Shown: positions 10,286-19,685 of the stretch, piece by piece
Position numbering within the stretch: the stretch's first letter is position 1
How the letters are laid out: each line of letters starts with the position of its first letter
Notes under the pieces: model-generated
Seen by the model: the letters and a program-made list of their open reading frames with translations, nothing else
Told to the model about the DNA's origin: nothing
The model's database searches: none
Program-made: the position numbers and the translations under genes
Assembly (NCBI GenBank): GCA_964499705.1
Contig: CAZCME010000012.1
Coordinates: forward strand, 1 to 64,000
Source of the DNA: an uncultured bacterium
GTDB taxonomy: Bacteria > UBA8481
Length of the DNA: 64,000 bases
Direction of reading: 5' to 3'

Positions 10286-10809
10286 ATGTTCCGGACCTCC
10301 TGTTCGATATTCTTCAGAACAACCGGCAGGCGAAGGAGCGAACGGTCCTCGTCCATGATCCCCTCGATCCATCCCTCGTCCTCTTCCGAGCCATCCCCGG
10401 AGCGGCCCGGCCATTTCCGGAGAGCGCCCAGCGAGACGCGGCACATGCCTTCCACCTCCGCCGCCAGGATCGCGATCCGCCGCGCGTTCCGGCCGACGAC
10501 GATCGCGTGGCGCTGATCGGCCAGTCCTCTCCCCTGCGATGAAAATAATATGGAGATATCGAGTATCGTAATAATTTCACCTCCCAGGAGAGAGACTCCC
10601 CGGATCGCGCGGGGCGCGCCGGGAACGGGCGCGATATCGGCGAGCCTGTGGATGCCGGAAACATCGCCGGCCCTGATCGCGTATCGTTCCGCTCCGGTCC
10701 TGAACAAGAGCACTTCGATCTCATCAGCCGGAGCCGGTTGAGCGCGCGGGCTGCGAAGAGACTTTGCGCGCGCCTCGAGGATCGCGCCGCGGCCGGCTTC
10801 GGCATTCAA
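10282..10809 (-). CDS. cheW: CheW-like adaptor
   Basis: [12 protein letters not shown]...[23 protein letters not shown]. Confidence 0.88.
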   Translation of the reverse strand: MNAEAGRGAILEARAKSLRSPRAQPAPADEIEVLLFRTGAERYAIRAGDVSGIHRLADIAPVPGAPRAIRGVSLLGGEIITILDISILFSSQGRGLADQRHAIVVGRNARRIAILAAEVEGMCRVSLGALRKWPGRSGDGSEEDEGWIEGIMDEDRSLLRLPVVLKNIEQEVRNI

Positions 10810-12095
10810 GAGAGGGCGCCCGCGTGAAGAAGTTCGCCCACGAGCCTGACGAGCGCTCCCGCCGTGAGACCTTCGCCGTACGGCAGTTGTTCCGCGGGAT
10901 GCAGGGTCTCGGTCAGTTCGCGCGCGTTGCGGAACGCCCGGTCGGCATCCTGCGTTCGGCCGAGCCGGGTCTCGATCGTGCCGAGGAGAAACCAGGGGAG
11001 CGGCGCGCGCGGCTGGAGGTAGAGAGCGCGGCGGAGATGAAGCGTCGCGGCGCCGAGATCTCCCCGCCCGTCCGCTTCGAGAGCAAGGGAGAGGTCGTCC
11101 TTTGCGGGCGCGGGCGCGGGAAGGGGGACATTCTCCAACATTGCAACATTGATATCACGCGAGTTGGATAGTTGCGGTCCTGCAAAATCTGTTACTCCAT
11201 TATTCTCAATGTTGGAATGTTGGAGAATGTCCCCTTTTTTCACCCCTTTTTTCAACAGGCCTTGGGGAGCTCGGACAAGGCCGGAGGCGGCATAAAGATC
11301 TTCGCGGAGCTCGGATTCACCGAGGAGCAGGTAACCTCCTGGAGAAAGGCATCCGGCGAAACGAGCGATGATGGCGCGGATGACATCGCTTCTCAGATAG
11401 ATGGCGACATTGCGGAAGAGGATGAGATCGAAGGCGTCGTCGCCGCCGGCGAATCGGGGAAAGGGATCGACGGCAAGGTTGTGGACCATGAAGCGGACTG
11501 ATTTTCGGAGGCGCGCATCGAGCTCGATCAATTCGCCGACGGGATGAAAGTAGCGCGTGTCAGAGGCGATCTCCGAGCCTCGAAACGACCAGTGGCGGTA
11601 GCGGCCGTTGACGGCCCGGGCAATGAAGTCGGCATTGAGATCGGTCGCGAGGATTTCGACATTCCAGTCCGCCAGGTGAGGAAAATCGCGGTCGAGAAGA
11701 ATCGCGAGGGAGTAAGGTTCTTCGCCGGTCGCACAGCCCGCGGACCAGATGCGGAGCGTTCTGTCGTTCCCGCGGGCGGCGATCCGATCGGGAATGACAT
11801 GCTCGCGAATCGCCTGGAAATGATCCGCGCCGCGGAAGAAATAGGTCTCCCCGACGGTAAGATTCCGGACGAGGTGTCCCATGAGCCCGGGCCTCCTCGT
11901 CTCATCGGCGATCAGACCGCTCAAGAGATCGGCGGAACCGGAGCCGGATGCGCGGACGAGATCCTGGACCGCGTGGTCAAACCGGGAGGAACGGTCATCA
12001 CCAAGATTCATGCCGGTCGAGGACTCGACCGCTCCGCGGATTTTCTCCCATTCCGCCCGCCCCGCGGGACCACGAATGTCCTCGGCCGCGTTCAT
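10806..12095 (-). CDS. cheR: CheR methyltransferase with C-terminal TPR (WspC/FrzF-like)
   Basis: LTVGETYFFR, IWSAGCATGEEPYS, ATDL, FRNVAIY, GYLLLGESE; TPR LRRALYLQP. Start at MNAAED (12095) overlaps the upstream cheW stop. Confidence 0.93.
   Translation of the reverse strand: MNAAEDIRGPAGRAEWEKIRGAVESSTGMNLGDDRSSRFDHAVQDLVRASGSGSADLLSGLIADETRRPGLMGHLVRNLTVGETYFFRGADHFQAIREHVIPDRIAARGNDRTLRIWSAGCATGEEPYSLAILLDRDFPHLADWNVEILATDLNADFIARAVNGRYRHWSFRGSEIASDTRYFHPVGELIELDARLRKSVRFMVHNLAVDPFPRFAGGDDAFDLILFRNVAIYLRSDVIRAIIARFAGCLSPGGYLLLGESELREDLYAASGLVRAPQGLLKKGVKKGDILQHSNIENNGVTDFAGPQLSNSRDINVAMLENVPLPAPAPAKDDLSLALEADGRGDLGAATLHLRRALYLQPRAPLPWFLLGTIETRLGRTQDADRAFRNARELTETLHPAEQLPYGEGLTAGALVRLVGELLHAGALS
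11124..11234. repeat. 111-bp AT-rich element with 29-bp terminal inverted repeats, in frame inside cheR
   Basis: GGGGACATTCTCCAACATTGCAACATTGA (11124-11152) and TCAATGTTGGAATGTTGGAGAATGTCCCC (11206-11234) are complementary at 28/29 positions. Confidence 0.85.
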
Positions 12096-12565
12096 CGCGA
12101 TGCTCCGACCGAAAGAGCGGCGGCGCCCGAGGGCGCCAGATCCTGTTCCAGGAATTCCGGGCGGATGAACCGGTACAGGACGCCCTCGACCTCGACAACG
12201 CGTCCCAGGGGACTCCGGCCGGCGGAGGAGTCGGCGGACCAGGATGCGGCGTCGAGGGCGATGTCGAGAAGACCGTCCGCGGCATCCACTTCCAGTCCGA
12301 CGCAACCGCCGGAGGGGACCTTGACGGCGATGATGTGGGGATCGACCGGACTCGTCTCGCGCGGGATTTCCAGCATGCGAGCGACATCGAGGACGGGGAT
12401 GAGGTGACCTCTCACGTAGATGACACCTCGGAGCCACGGCGGCCCCTGGCGCATCGGTTCCACAGGCAGGGACGGCAGCACCTCCTCGACCAGCTCGACC
12501 GGCAGCGCGTATTTTTCCCCGGCGACATCGAAGACGAGACAGGTTGCGAACCCGGACAAAAGCAC
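12092..12565 (-). CDS. cheW: CheW-like adaptor
   Basis: LVFDVAGEKYALPVELVEEV...PPWLRGVIYVRGHLIPVLD...GLEVD. Confidence 0.9.
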   Translation of the reverse strand: MLLSGFATCLVFDVAGEKYALPVELVEEVLPSLPVEPMRQGPPWLRGVIYVRGHLIPVLDVARMLEIPRETSPVDPHIIAVKVPSGGCVGLEVDAADGLLDIALDAASWSADSSAGRSPLGRVVEVEGVLYRFIRPEFLEQDLAPSGAAALSVGASR

Positions 12566-12851
12566 GTCACACTCCCGTCCGGGGCATTTTCACCCCATTC
12601 GTGATGACTATAGATATCTTTTTATTGCTGATCACGCTAAATATTATATCGTATATTAATATATTGCAATATCAATCTCACATAATTTTTCGGGATGCAT
12701 GTAAGATCAAGGCTGTCAGGCGGAAATATTTTTCAAACCTTACATCTTGCGATGAAACATGGGTGATAGTAGGATATAAGGAATCAAGTTAACACCAGTC
12801 GAGATTATCAGTTTTTCCGCCGAGGACGGCGTGGGAAAGAAGGAGATGGCA

Positions 12852-13208
12852 ATGGGCGCACGTAAGGAAGCGAAGGAAGTCGCGGAGAAGTTCAGCGTCG
12901 GAGGCGGCGCGATCAGGCTGTCGATCCTGGGACTCCTGTCCAAGGGCGAGCGATGCGGATACGAAATCGCGAAGGAGCTCCGGGAGACGGACGAAGCGCT
13001 GGACATCCAGTTCGGCGCGCTTTATCCGCTTCTGGAGAAACTGGAGCGAAAAGGGCTGATCGAAGGCCGCTGGGAAGACGGACGAGGCCAGAAGGGCCGC
13101 CACGTCTACGGCCTCACGAAGACCGGCAAGAAGAGTCTCGCCTCGGCGCACGCCACGTGGCTACGCGTCATGAAGTCCGTGCGGACTCTGGTGGGGGCCC
13201 GGGCCTAA
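12852..13208 (+). CDS. PadR family transcriptional regulator
   Basis: ILGLL....CGYEI..EL...GALYPLLEKLERKGLI...YGLTKTG. AGGAG lies 6 nt before ATG 12852. Confidence 0.92.
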   Translation: MGARKEAKEVAEKFSVGGGAIRLSILGLLSKGERCGYEIAKELRETDEALDIQFGALYPLLEKLERKGLIEGRWEDGRGQKGRHVYGLTKTGKKSLASAHATWLRVMKSVRTLVGARA

Positions 13209-13220
13209 TCCCATTCGCAT

Positions 13221-14075
13221 TTGGTAGCGCTTGAAGCCTCCCCGCCGCCCGCTACCAGCGAGGCATCGCAACCGGTCGATACTTATATAAGGCAGATCTT
13301 CGAGGGGTATCCCATGAGCCCCGAGCTTCGCGCCATGCGCGAAGGCCGGCTCCGGGACGAAATTCTCCGGTTCATCAGCCACATGCGCGCCACGGACGCT
13401 CCCGCATCCGAGATCGAGGCGATCCTCCGGGACAACTTCGGCAAGCCGGAATTCGTCCGCGAGTCGTTCCTCCGGAGCGACACGGATACTCCAGTCTGGA
13501 ACCACCGAGCCGGGATCACGGCGGGTGGCGGCGTCATTCTCGCATCCTGCTTTGCCGCGGCAGTCCTGAAAGCCTGTGAATTCGGCATCGCGTTGCGCCT
13601 GCCCGCGATGGCGCCATATGTATCCAGCGGAGTATCCGCGGTCATCCTGACGCTCTCCACGCTGACCGGCATCATCGGCTATGTCGTTCACTGGATCCTG
13701 CGGGGGAACCGGTATCGCGTCGCGCCGTTCGTCATGCTCTCGACCCTGGCCTTCTTCCTGGCCGGATCTATCCGGATGGATGTGGAGATCCTAGAGCGGC
13801 AACCGGTCTTCCGTTATCACGTGCTCCTGACGGCGGCGATTCCCGTCGTGGACATGAGCGGACGCACGTCGATCCGGCACTACATCGCGGACTGGGATCG
13901 GACCGGATTGCCGCAGAAATACACCCGTGCGCGCGCCTTCACGGAGGCGCGGGATGAACTGCCGACAGCCAAGTTCCGGCTCTTCTGGCTGCTGGTGGCG
14001 GCCATCGCGATCGGAAATTTCTACGTGCTGAAGAAGATGGCGGACGAACTGGCGCTCGTGGAGGACGAACCATGA
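13221..14075 (+). CDS. Membrane protein with N-terminal PadR-associated (permease-prefix/HAAS-like) helical domain
   Basis: RDEILRFISH...AILRDNFGKPE motif followed by about 4 hydrophobic segments; directly downstream of padR. Start uncertain. Confidence 0.6.
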   Translation: MVALEASPPPATSEASQPVDTYIRQIFEGYPMSPELRAMREGRLRDEILRFISHMRATDAPASEIEAILRDNFGKPEFVRESFLRSDTDTPVWNHRAGITAGGGVILASCFAAAVLKACEFGIALRLPAMAPYVSSGVSAVILTLSTLTGIIGYVVHWILRGNRYRVAPFVMLSTLAFFLAGSIRMDVEILERQPVFRYHVLLTAAIPVVDMSGRTSIRHYIADWDRTGLPQKYTRARAFTEARDELPTAKFRLFWLLVAAIAIGNFYVLKKMADELALVEDEP

Positions 14076-14899
14076 CTCGGCGCGGACGATTCGCCGTGAT
14101 AGCGGGAGGCATCGCGCTGGGATGTGGTCTGTTGATCTTCCTCGGCACATGGTCGAGCCCGATCCTGGTGGAGCTGTCGACCCCGGATGTGGATTCGTTA
14201 TTGCGGGAGTATGCGAACGCGCGATCAGATGCGGAAGCGAGGCACCTGCGTGAGCAAATCCACGGTTTGGGATATCCCGCCGCGCAACGCTTGACTGAAA
14301 TTGCGCGAGACACGAGCTGGACGATCAAGGAGAGATGCGCTTCGATTCTCCTATTAAGAGCCAATCCCATTGCCGCCTTCGATGTGCTGGAGTTGGTCGA
14401 CGATCCCGACTCCCAAATTAGCGGAATGGCACGAGAAATCATCGGGGGATGTATGTCCGCCGGATACCATCCTCGCAATCCCCAATCCGATACGACGATT
14501 CGACTCCTTCAGCGTTGGAGAAACGATCAACGCGATTCCGGATTTGGCGCGATACCGTTCGGCGGCACTCCATCCGATTCTTTCGCGGGCAAGGCGCTCT
14601 CCACTGAACACAGCAGCCCGAAAGAGATTTTCGAGCAATGGACAAAGACACGTAATATCAAGGATAACTCGCCTTTTCTCCGGGATCTCAAGGGGTTAGG
14701 CCCAAAGTCGACCGAGTGCATGCTCCGCATCGTCCAACACGACACTGAAGCTGTCAGGCGCAGCATGGCTATCGTCATCCTGGGACTACTTGAAGATTCA
14801 TCCGCGATCAAACCGCTCCAGGCTCTACTCGCTTCCACCCAAGACCCCGTAGACCGTAAATTTATTTGGCATGCGTTAAGGATGTTGAAAGCTCGATAA
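14072..14899 (+). CDS. HEAT-repeat-like protein with N-terminal membrane anchor
   Basis: Hydrophobic N-terminus; VRRSMAIVILGLLEDSSAIKPLQALL. ATGA overlap with the upstream gene; lower GC. Confidence 0.6.
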   Translation: MTRRGRFAVIAGGIALGCGLLIFLGTWSSPILVELSTPDVDSLLREYANARSDAEARHLREQIHGLGYPAAQRLTEIARDTSWTIKERCASILLLRANPIAAFDVLELVDDPDSQISGMAREIIGGCMSAGYHPRNPQSDTTIRLLQRWRNDQRDSGFGAIPFGGTPSDSFAGKALSTEHSSPKEIFEQWTKTRNIKDNSPFLRDLKGLGPKSTECMLRIVQHDTEAVRRSMAIVILGLLEDSSAIKPLQALLASTQDPVDRKFIWHALRMLKAR

Positions 14900-14995
14900 A
14901 TAAATCCGGCCAACCATCTTGAACTTTATATCGTATTCTTATATATTATTCTTGTTGCTTATTTTAATTTATGGCGACAATCCAGTTCCCGGAGT

Positions 14996-17900
14996 GTGCT
15001 ATCCATGCGAATCTTGGTCCGTCTCTCTATATTGATCCTCGGCGCGTTGATTTCCGTTTTTTGCTGGGCCGGATCCATTGATCTCATTATCACCGAAGAT
15101 TGCGACGGCGGGACCAATTACGCATTTGTCGTAATGCCCGATCCCCACGGCCCCCAGCGGACGAGCCTCGCGCATATGGTCACTTTGGACAGCGAGGGGA
15201 TTCACCCTGAAAACATCTCCATCGAGATCGAGACGACGCGGGTCGATCTGACGGAGGACACCGTCCTCACGCTCTTTTACCAGACCGACCCATCCTACCG
15301 CGCCATGCTGGGGCCGAACGACACCTGGATCGCCTTTTCGGCATCGCGGCTCGTTCCCATGGATGGTTTCGTGAACCTCGGGATGATCTTCAGCCATAAC
15401 ACGCCGTACGACGGGAATCTCCTCGACACGCGGTATGTTCAGTTCGCCCTCGTCCCGCACAGCTACTCCGATACCGCGAGCCTCGCCGACTCCGTCGCGA
15501 AGCACCTCAGGTTCCAATTGGCCGACGGCGTCCAGCACGGACGTCCTTCGCTTGTCAGCAATACGTTCATGGACCAGGAGAACGGGCGCGTCATCACCAC
15601 GATTCACGGGATCCCGACTGACCCCGCCGGAGCGATCATCACCGATACCGTGTACTGGCCGAAGGCGGGAGATCTCGTCATCACGGAGATCATGGCCGAT
15701 CCCAACGCCGGGGTCGCCGATGCGACAGGAGAATGGTTCGAGGTCCAGAATGTCTCCGGAGTCGCCCTCAATCTCGATGCGGTCGCCATCCGCGATGACG
15801 CTTCCGACTACTTCCGGAATCCGCGGGGGTCGCTCGACATCGGCTCTCCCACCATCCTTCTACCGGGCGAATGCGCCGTCTTCGGCAATTCGCTCGATCC
15901 GCGCGCGAACGGCGGCGCCAAGGTCCATATCGACTACGGCAACCACGTGATCCTCGCCAATAACGCGGACGAGATCGTCCTCGAAGTCGACGGCGTGGGG
16001 GTCATCGATCGCGTCGATTACACGTCGACCTGGAATCTCCCGACGGGGAAGAGCGTCGAGCTGACGGACACGGCGGCCGACAATAACGACTCGACGAAAT
16101 GGGCGAATGCGACACAGACGTTCGGGCCCCAGGGCGAAAAAGGCACGCCGGGCGCGCTGTATAACGTCGATCCCGTGGATCCGCCGACGGGGGATCCCGG
16201 GCAGAATCTCGACGCCGGGTCGCTCGTCATCACCGAGCTCCATACCGCGCCGTGGGGGCACGACGACGAGAGCGAATGGTTCGAGATCTTCAACCCGCTC
16301 GATACTCCGCAGATCCTGACCGACCTTGTCGTGGAGATCGTCTCCGAGACCGGCTCCACGCAGTCCTTCCGGATCACGGAGGACGTGATCCTGGACGCGC
16401 GCACGTATCTCGTCTTCACCCGGAACCACGATTTCCGGCACGGCGGACTGCCGATGGGATACGCCTACAAGGGCACGTTCGCGCTCTACAACGACAACGC
16501 GACGTTCCGGCTGACGTTCGACTCCATCGTCATAGACGAGCTCCACTACAACGGCTCCCTGTATCCCTACTTCCCCGATTACGGCGACGCGACGTCCGGC
16601 GCCTGGCCGATGCCCTCCGAATACGACGGGCGCACCGTCGCCCTGCAGGGCACGCTCGCGAATCTCCGCGATACTTCCACCTACAGCAACGACATCGCGG
16701 CCAACTGGGCTCTGACCGACGGCTGGCGGCAGAACGTCTTCGGCGCCATGCTCGTGGCGACCCCCGGGGCGCCGAACAACGAGGAGCTGACGCTATCGAT
16801 CTCCAACGGGCCCTCCACCATCAACGCGCTCAACTCCGACACGTTCCGCGTCACGATCACGCCGCCGACGGGCTACAGCGTCGGCGACATCGAGACGCAG
16901 TCGATCCGGCTCTCCTGGCGGCAGCATCCGCTCTTTCTGAAGATCAACGCCTCCAACATCCTGGCCGATTTCCGCCGGTCGGACGCGCCGTGGCACATCG
17001 AGCGGAACGTCACGACGACCGTTTATATCACCGCGAGATATATCGGCGACTCCCCTCTCCGCTTCGGCGGATCGTGGTCGACGACGATCGCCGACACCTC
17101 GATGCCGACGCCGGCGACGATCAGCGCCGCGTCCGCGGGAGACCTGAAGATCACGGAGATCATGGTGAACGCGGCGGGGAACGAGAACGACTATGAATAC
17201 GTGGAGGTCGTCAACACGACGGCCGACAAGACGATCGACCTGAAGGATCTGGGGATCCAGGACGGCGGCGGCACGACGAGCGACGCGACACCGGAAGGAA
17301 AAAGCAGGATCTACAACCGCTCCAACCGGTTCCCGCTCCGGCTGGGCCCGGGCGAGTACGCCATCATCGGCCAGAACCACACGAATCACTACCTCGGACT
17401 GCATGCCACGGGAACGTACATCACGCCGGATGTGAATTTCTCCAACTCCGGAGACCAGGCCGTCGTCTACAGGCTCTCCGACAACACCGTGATCGCGGAA
17501 GTGGACTACGAAGCGGCTTCGGCCGCATTCGCGGATCAGAGCTCAACAACGATGGACGGACGTTCGCTTTCTCTCATCGACACGGGCCTCGATGGATCAC
17601 AGGGCGCAAACTGGATCAACGCGACGATACCGTTCAGAGTCGGCACGCCCGCGCTGCCGGATACTTCCTATGGCTCACCGGGCGCGGCCAACCGCATCGC
17701 GAACAAGGCCGGCTCCGTCATCATCACGGAGGTCTTCCCGAATCCTCCGCCCGGCGGCGAACCGAACGCGGAATTTTTCGAAGTGTGGAATCCCGACACA
17801 AGCGGGCCGGTGGATCTCGCGGGGCTGATCTTCGCGGACGATTCCGGAAATTCATTCTCCGTCAGCGACAGGCCGGGCCTGACCGTCAGCGGCGGGCCTC

Positions 17901-18211
17901 AGAAATCGTATATACCGGCCGGGGGCATCTTCGTCTTCGGCAACAGCCGCGGCGCGTCGGACGGCGTGGACACCACGTTCGGCGACACGTACGGCGCGAA
18001 CATCACCAGTTATGATTACGCGAATTCGTGGACGTTCCTGAATTCATCCGACGCCGTCCGGATGATCCGCTGCCGCGCCGGAGGAGACTCCACGGTCATC
18101 CACGGCATGAGCTATTCATCGGCGCCGGCGGGACAGAGCTGGGCCTTATCGAGCTTGTCGGACACATCGACGTATGCATTGCGGGAGCCGAACCCGACGG
18201 TGGCGCCATGA
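14996..18211 (+). CDS. Large secreted protein with four lamin-tail (LTD) domains
   Basis: Signal peptide; repeats AGDLVITEIMADP..EWFEV, AGSLVITELH..EWFEI, AGDLKITEIM..EYVEV, AGSVIITEVFPNP..EFFEV. The first three end in (T/S)PGA. Confidence 0.85.
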   Translation: MLSMRILVRLSILILGALISVFCWAGSIDLIITEDCDGGTNYAFVVMPDPHGPQRTSLAHMVTLDSEGIHPENISIEIETTRVDLTEDTVLTLFYQTDPSYRAMLGPNDTWIAFSASRLVPMDGFVNLGMIFSHNTPYDGNLLDTRYVQFALVPHSYSDTASLADSVAKHLRFQLADGVQHGRPSLVSNTFMDQENGRVITTIHGIPTDPAGAIITDTVYWPKAGDLVITEIMADPNAGVADATGEWFEVQNVSGVALNLDAVAIRDDASDYFRNPRGSLDIGSPTILLPGECAVFGNSLDPRANGGAKVHIDYGNHVILANNADEIVLEVDGVGVIDRVDYTSTWNLPTGKSVELTDTAADNNDSTKWANATQTFGPQGEKGTPGALYNVDPVDPPTGDPGQNLDAGSLVITELHTAPWGHDDESEWFEIFNPLDTPQILTDLVVEIVSETGSTQSFRITEDVILDARTYLVFTRNHDFRHGGLPMGYAYKGTFALYNDNATFRLTFDSIVIDELHYNGSLYPYFPDYGDATSGAWPMPSEYDGRTVALQGTLANLRDTSTYSNDIAANWALTDGWRQNVFGAMLVATPGAPNNEELTLSISNGPSTINALNSDTFRVTITPPTGYSVGDIETQSIRLSWRQHPLFLKINASNILADFRRSDAPWHIERNVTTTVYITARYIGDSPLRFGGSWSTTIADTSMPTPATISAASAGDLKITEIMVNAAGNENDYEYVEVVNTTADKTIDLKDLGIQDGGGTTSDATPEGKSRIYNRSNRFPLRLGPGEYAIIGQNHTNHYLGLHATGTYITPDVNFSNSGDQAVVYRLSDNTVIAEVDYEAASAAFADQSSTTMDGRSLSLIDTGLDGSQGANWINATIPFRVGTPALPDTSYGSPGAANRIANKAGSVIITEVFPNPPPGGEPNAEFFEVWNPDTSGPVDLAGLIFADDSGNSFSVSDRPGLTVSGGPQKSYIPAGGIFVFGNSRGASDGVDTTFGDTYGANITSYDYANSWTFLNSSDAVRMIRCRAGGDSTVIHGMSYSSAPAGQSWALSSLSDTSTYALREPNPTVAP

Positions 18212-18231
18212 AGCGCCGGAAGGGAACAACC

Positions 18232-18684
18232 ATGAAACGAATCGTCACGATCTGCGCGCTGGCAGGAGTCATCCTGCCGGCCGCGGGGACCGGATGCCGG
18301 ACGTCGCATTCGGATGCGCCCATCACCGTCAGGCTCTCCTGGGATAATCCGGTCGACCTGGACCTCCTGATCGACGAACAGCCCGCGCACCGGCAGGGCG
18401 GCTCACCCGACCGGGGATCGGGCGGCGAGGAAGTCTTCACGGTGAAACGCGAAAGCGGCGAGTACATCGTCGCCGTCCAGAATCTCTCGGGCCATGCGTC
18501 GGCGCAACCCCGGATCACGATCGACGGCGTCTGGGAGAAGGAGAACAGCCCGATCATCTCCTTCAGCGACGAGCCCTATACCGCGACGGGAACCGTGGCG
18601 CCGAACGCGCGGCGCGACCGCTGGATCGTCTGCGCGATCGACACGGCGAAGGGAATGGTGACGAAGATCGATCAGATGGAGTGA
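18232..18684 (+). CDS. Putative lipoprotein, YfaP/DUF2135-like domain
   Basis: Signal peptide ending AGTGC; ITVRLSWDNPVDLDL...GGEEVF...GEYIVAV. Alternative start at 18208. Confidence 0.6.
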   Translation: MKRIVTICALAGVILPAAGTGCRTSHSDAPITVRLSWDNPVDLDLLIDEQPAHRQGGSPDRGSGGEEVFTVKRESGEYIVAVQNLSGHASAQPRITIDGVWEKENSPIISFSDEPYTATGTVAPNARRDRWIVCAIDTAKGMVTKIDQME

Positions 18685-18722
18685 GGCCGGGAAATCGCGG
18701 ATCCTGAAGTCCTCCTGGTGTG

Positions 18723-18761
18723 ATTCAGGATTTCAGATTTCGGATTTCGGATTCAGGATTT
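18723..18761. repeat. Short heptamer (ATTTCGG-like) tandem repeats between convergent genes
   Basis: ATTCAGG ATTTCAG ATTTCGG ATTTCGG ATTCAGG ATTT; overlaps the last codons of the chlorite dismutase gene. Confidence 0.65.
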
Positions 18762-19323
18762 CCCGTGGCGCCTTGACCACCTGTATCTCCACTTCCCTGT
18801 CGACGTATTTCCATTCCTCGGACTTGCGGAGCCGCTCGACAAGCTCCTCGAACACCGCGGCGTCCTCGGCGGCGAATTCGAACCACGTGAGGAAATCGAA
18901 CGGCGCATCTTTTTCCTGGCAATGGTAGAGGCGACGGGCCACCGAGGAGACGTATTCCTTCCCGATGGAGATGTGGCGCGAGCGTTCCTCCATGATGACA
19001 CGGCGCTCATCCTGCGCCAGGGCCCACCATTCCGGAGCCTTCCTGATCGGGATGAGCGCGGCATGATCCGCCTCAACGCGTCCGATCGTGGCCTGCCGCT
19101 CGATCAGCTCGGACAGCTCCGCCTTCTCCGCATAACGAATATTGCTGGTGGCTCCGCGGAGAATCCATGATGCGGCGGTCTTCGTTCCGGCCGCGCCTTC
19201 CACGCGCTCGATCCGCGGCACGGCGGACAATGTCGGACCCCGGAGCGGCAGGATCTTCTCCACCTGCCAGCTCCCTTTTTCCCCGGCGATGAATTCGACG
19301 GGCACGAAATGCGGACGATTCAT
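18733..19323 (-). CDS. cld: Short (lineage II-like) chlorite dismutase family heme protein
   Basis: LIPIRKAPEWWALAQDERR...H-ISIGKEYVSSVA-R-RLYHC...FDFLTWFE...EW.YVDRE. Proximal His and distal Arg are 13 residues apart, as in Cld. Confidence 0.85.
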   Translation of the reverse strand: MNRPHFVPVEFIAGEKGSWQVEKILPLRGPTLSAVPRIERVEGAAGTKTAASWILRGATSNIRYAEKAELSELIERQATIGRVEADHAALIPIRKAPEWWALAQDERRVIMEERSRHISIGKEYVSSVARRLYHCQEKDAPFDFLTWFEFAAEDAAVFEELVERLRKSEEWKYVDREVEIQVVKAPREILNPKSEI

Positions 19324-19471
19324 GAATCCCCCCCTTGCAAATCCTTCGTCCGCGCCGCGGGACGCGGACGAAGCCTCTCCCATAAAATTAAATATAATGC
19401 AGCAGCCTGGTTCCCGCCTGCTCTCAGGCGGAAACAGTCGAAAAATAATTTACCCATCAGGAACCCAAGGG

Positions 19472-19487
19472 AGCAAGCTCCATGCCA
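19472..19487 (-). promoter_or_regulatory. Sigma54 (-24/-12) promoter upstream of cld
   Basis: Minus strand TGGCATGGAGCTTGCT matches TGGCAY-N5-TTGCW. Confidence 0.8.
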
Positions 19488-19685
19488 AAATAGGAATGCA
19501 TGTGTTATCGACTCTTTCCACAGCTCAGTTTCTCCCGCGTTTCACAATTGATCGGCAAGGGGCATTTTTTAATCATAAGCTTCCGCCTCGTCACGACACC
19601 TGCATAACCCTTCCTCCTGCGTTATACTTCCCATGAAGGAGTTTATCGCGGCGGATCATGGTCCTGAGGGGGGCGCCTGTAGAGC

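Noticed and set aside
12600-12800. Very AT-rich stretch as a possible foreign insert or origin
   Set aside because: Explained as the divergent promoter region of cheW and padR; no iterons or clear DnaA-box cluster seen.
18723-18761. Heptamer repeats and the (HG)n repeat at 50626 as possible CRISPR arrays
   Set aside because: No unique spacers, units too short, no cas genes.
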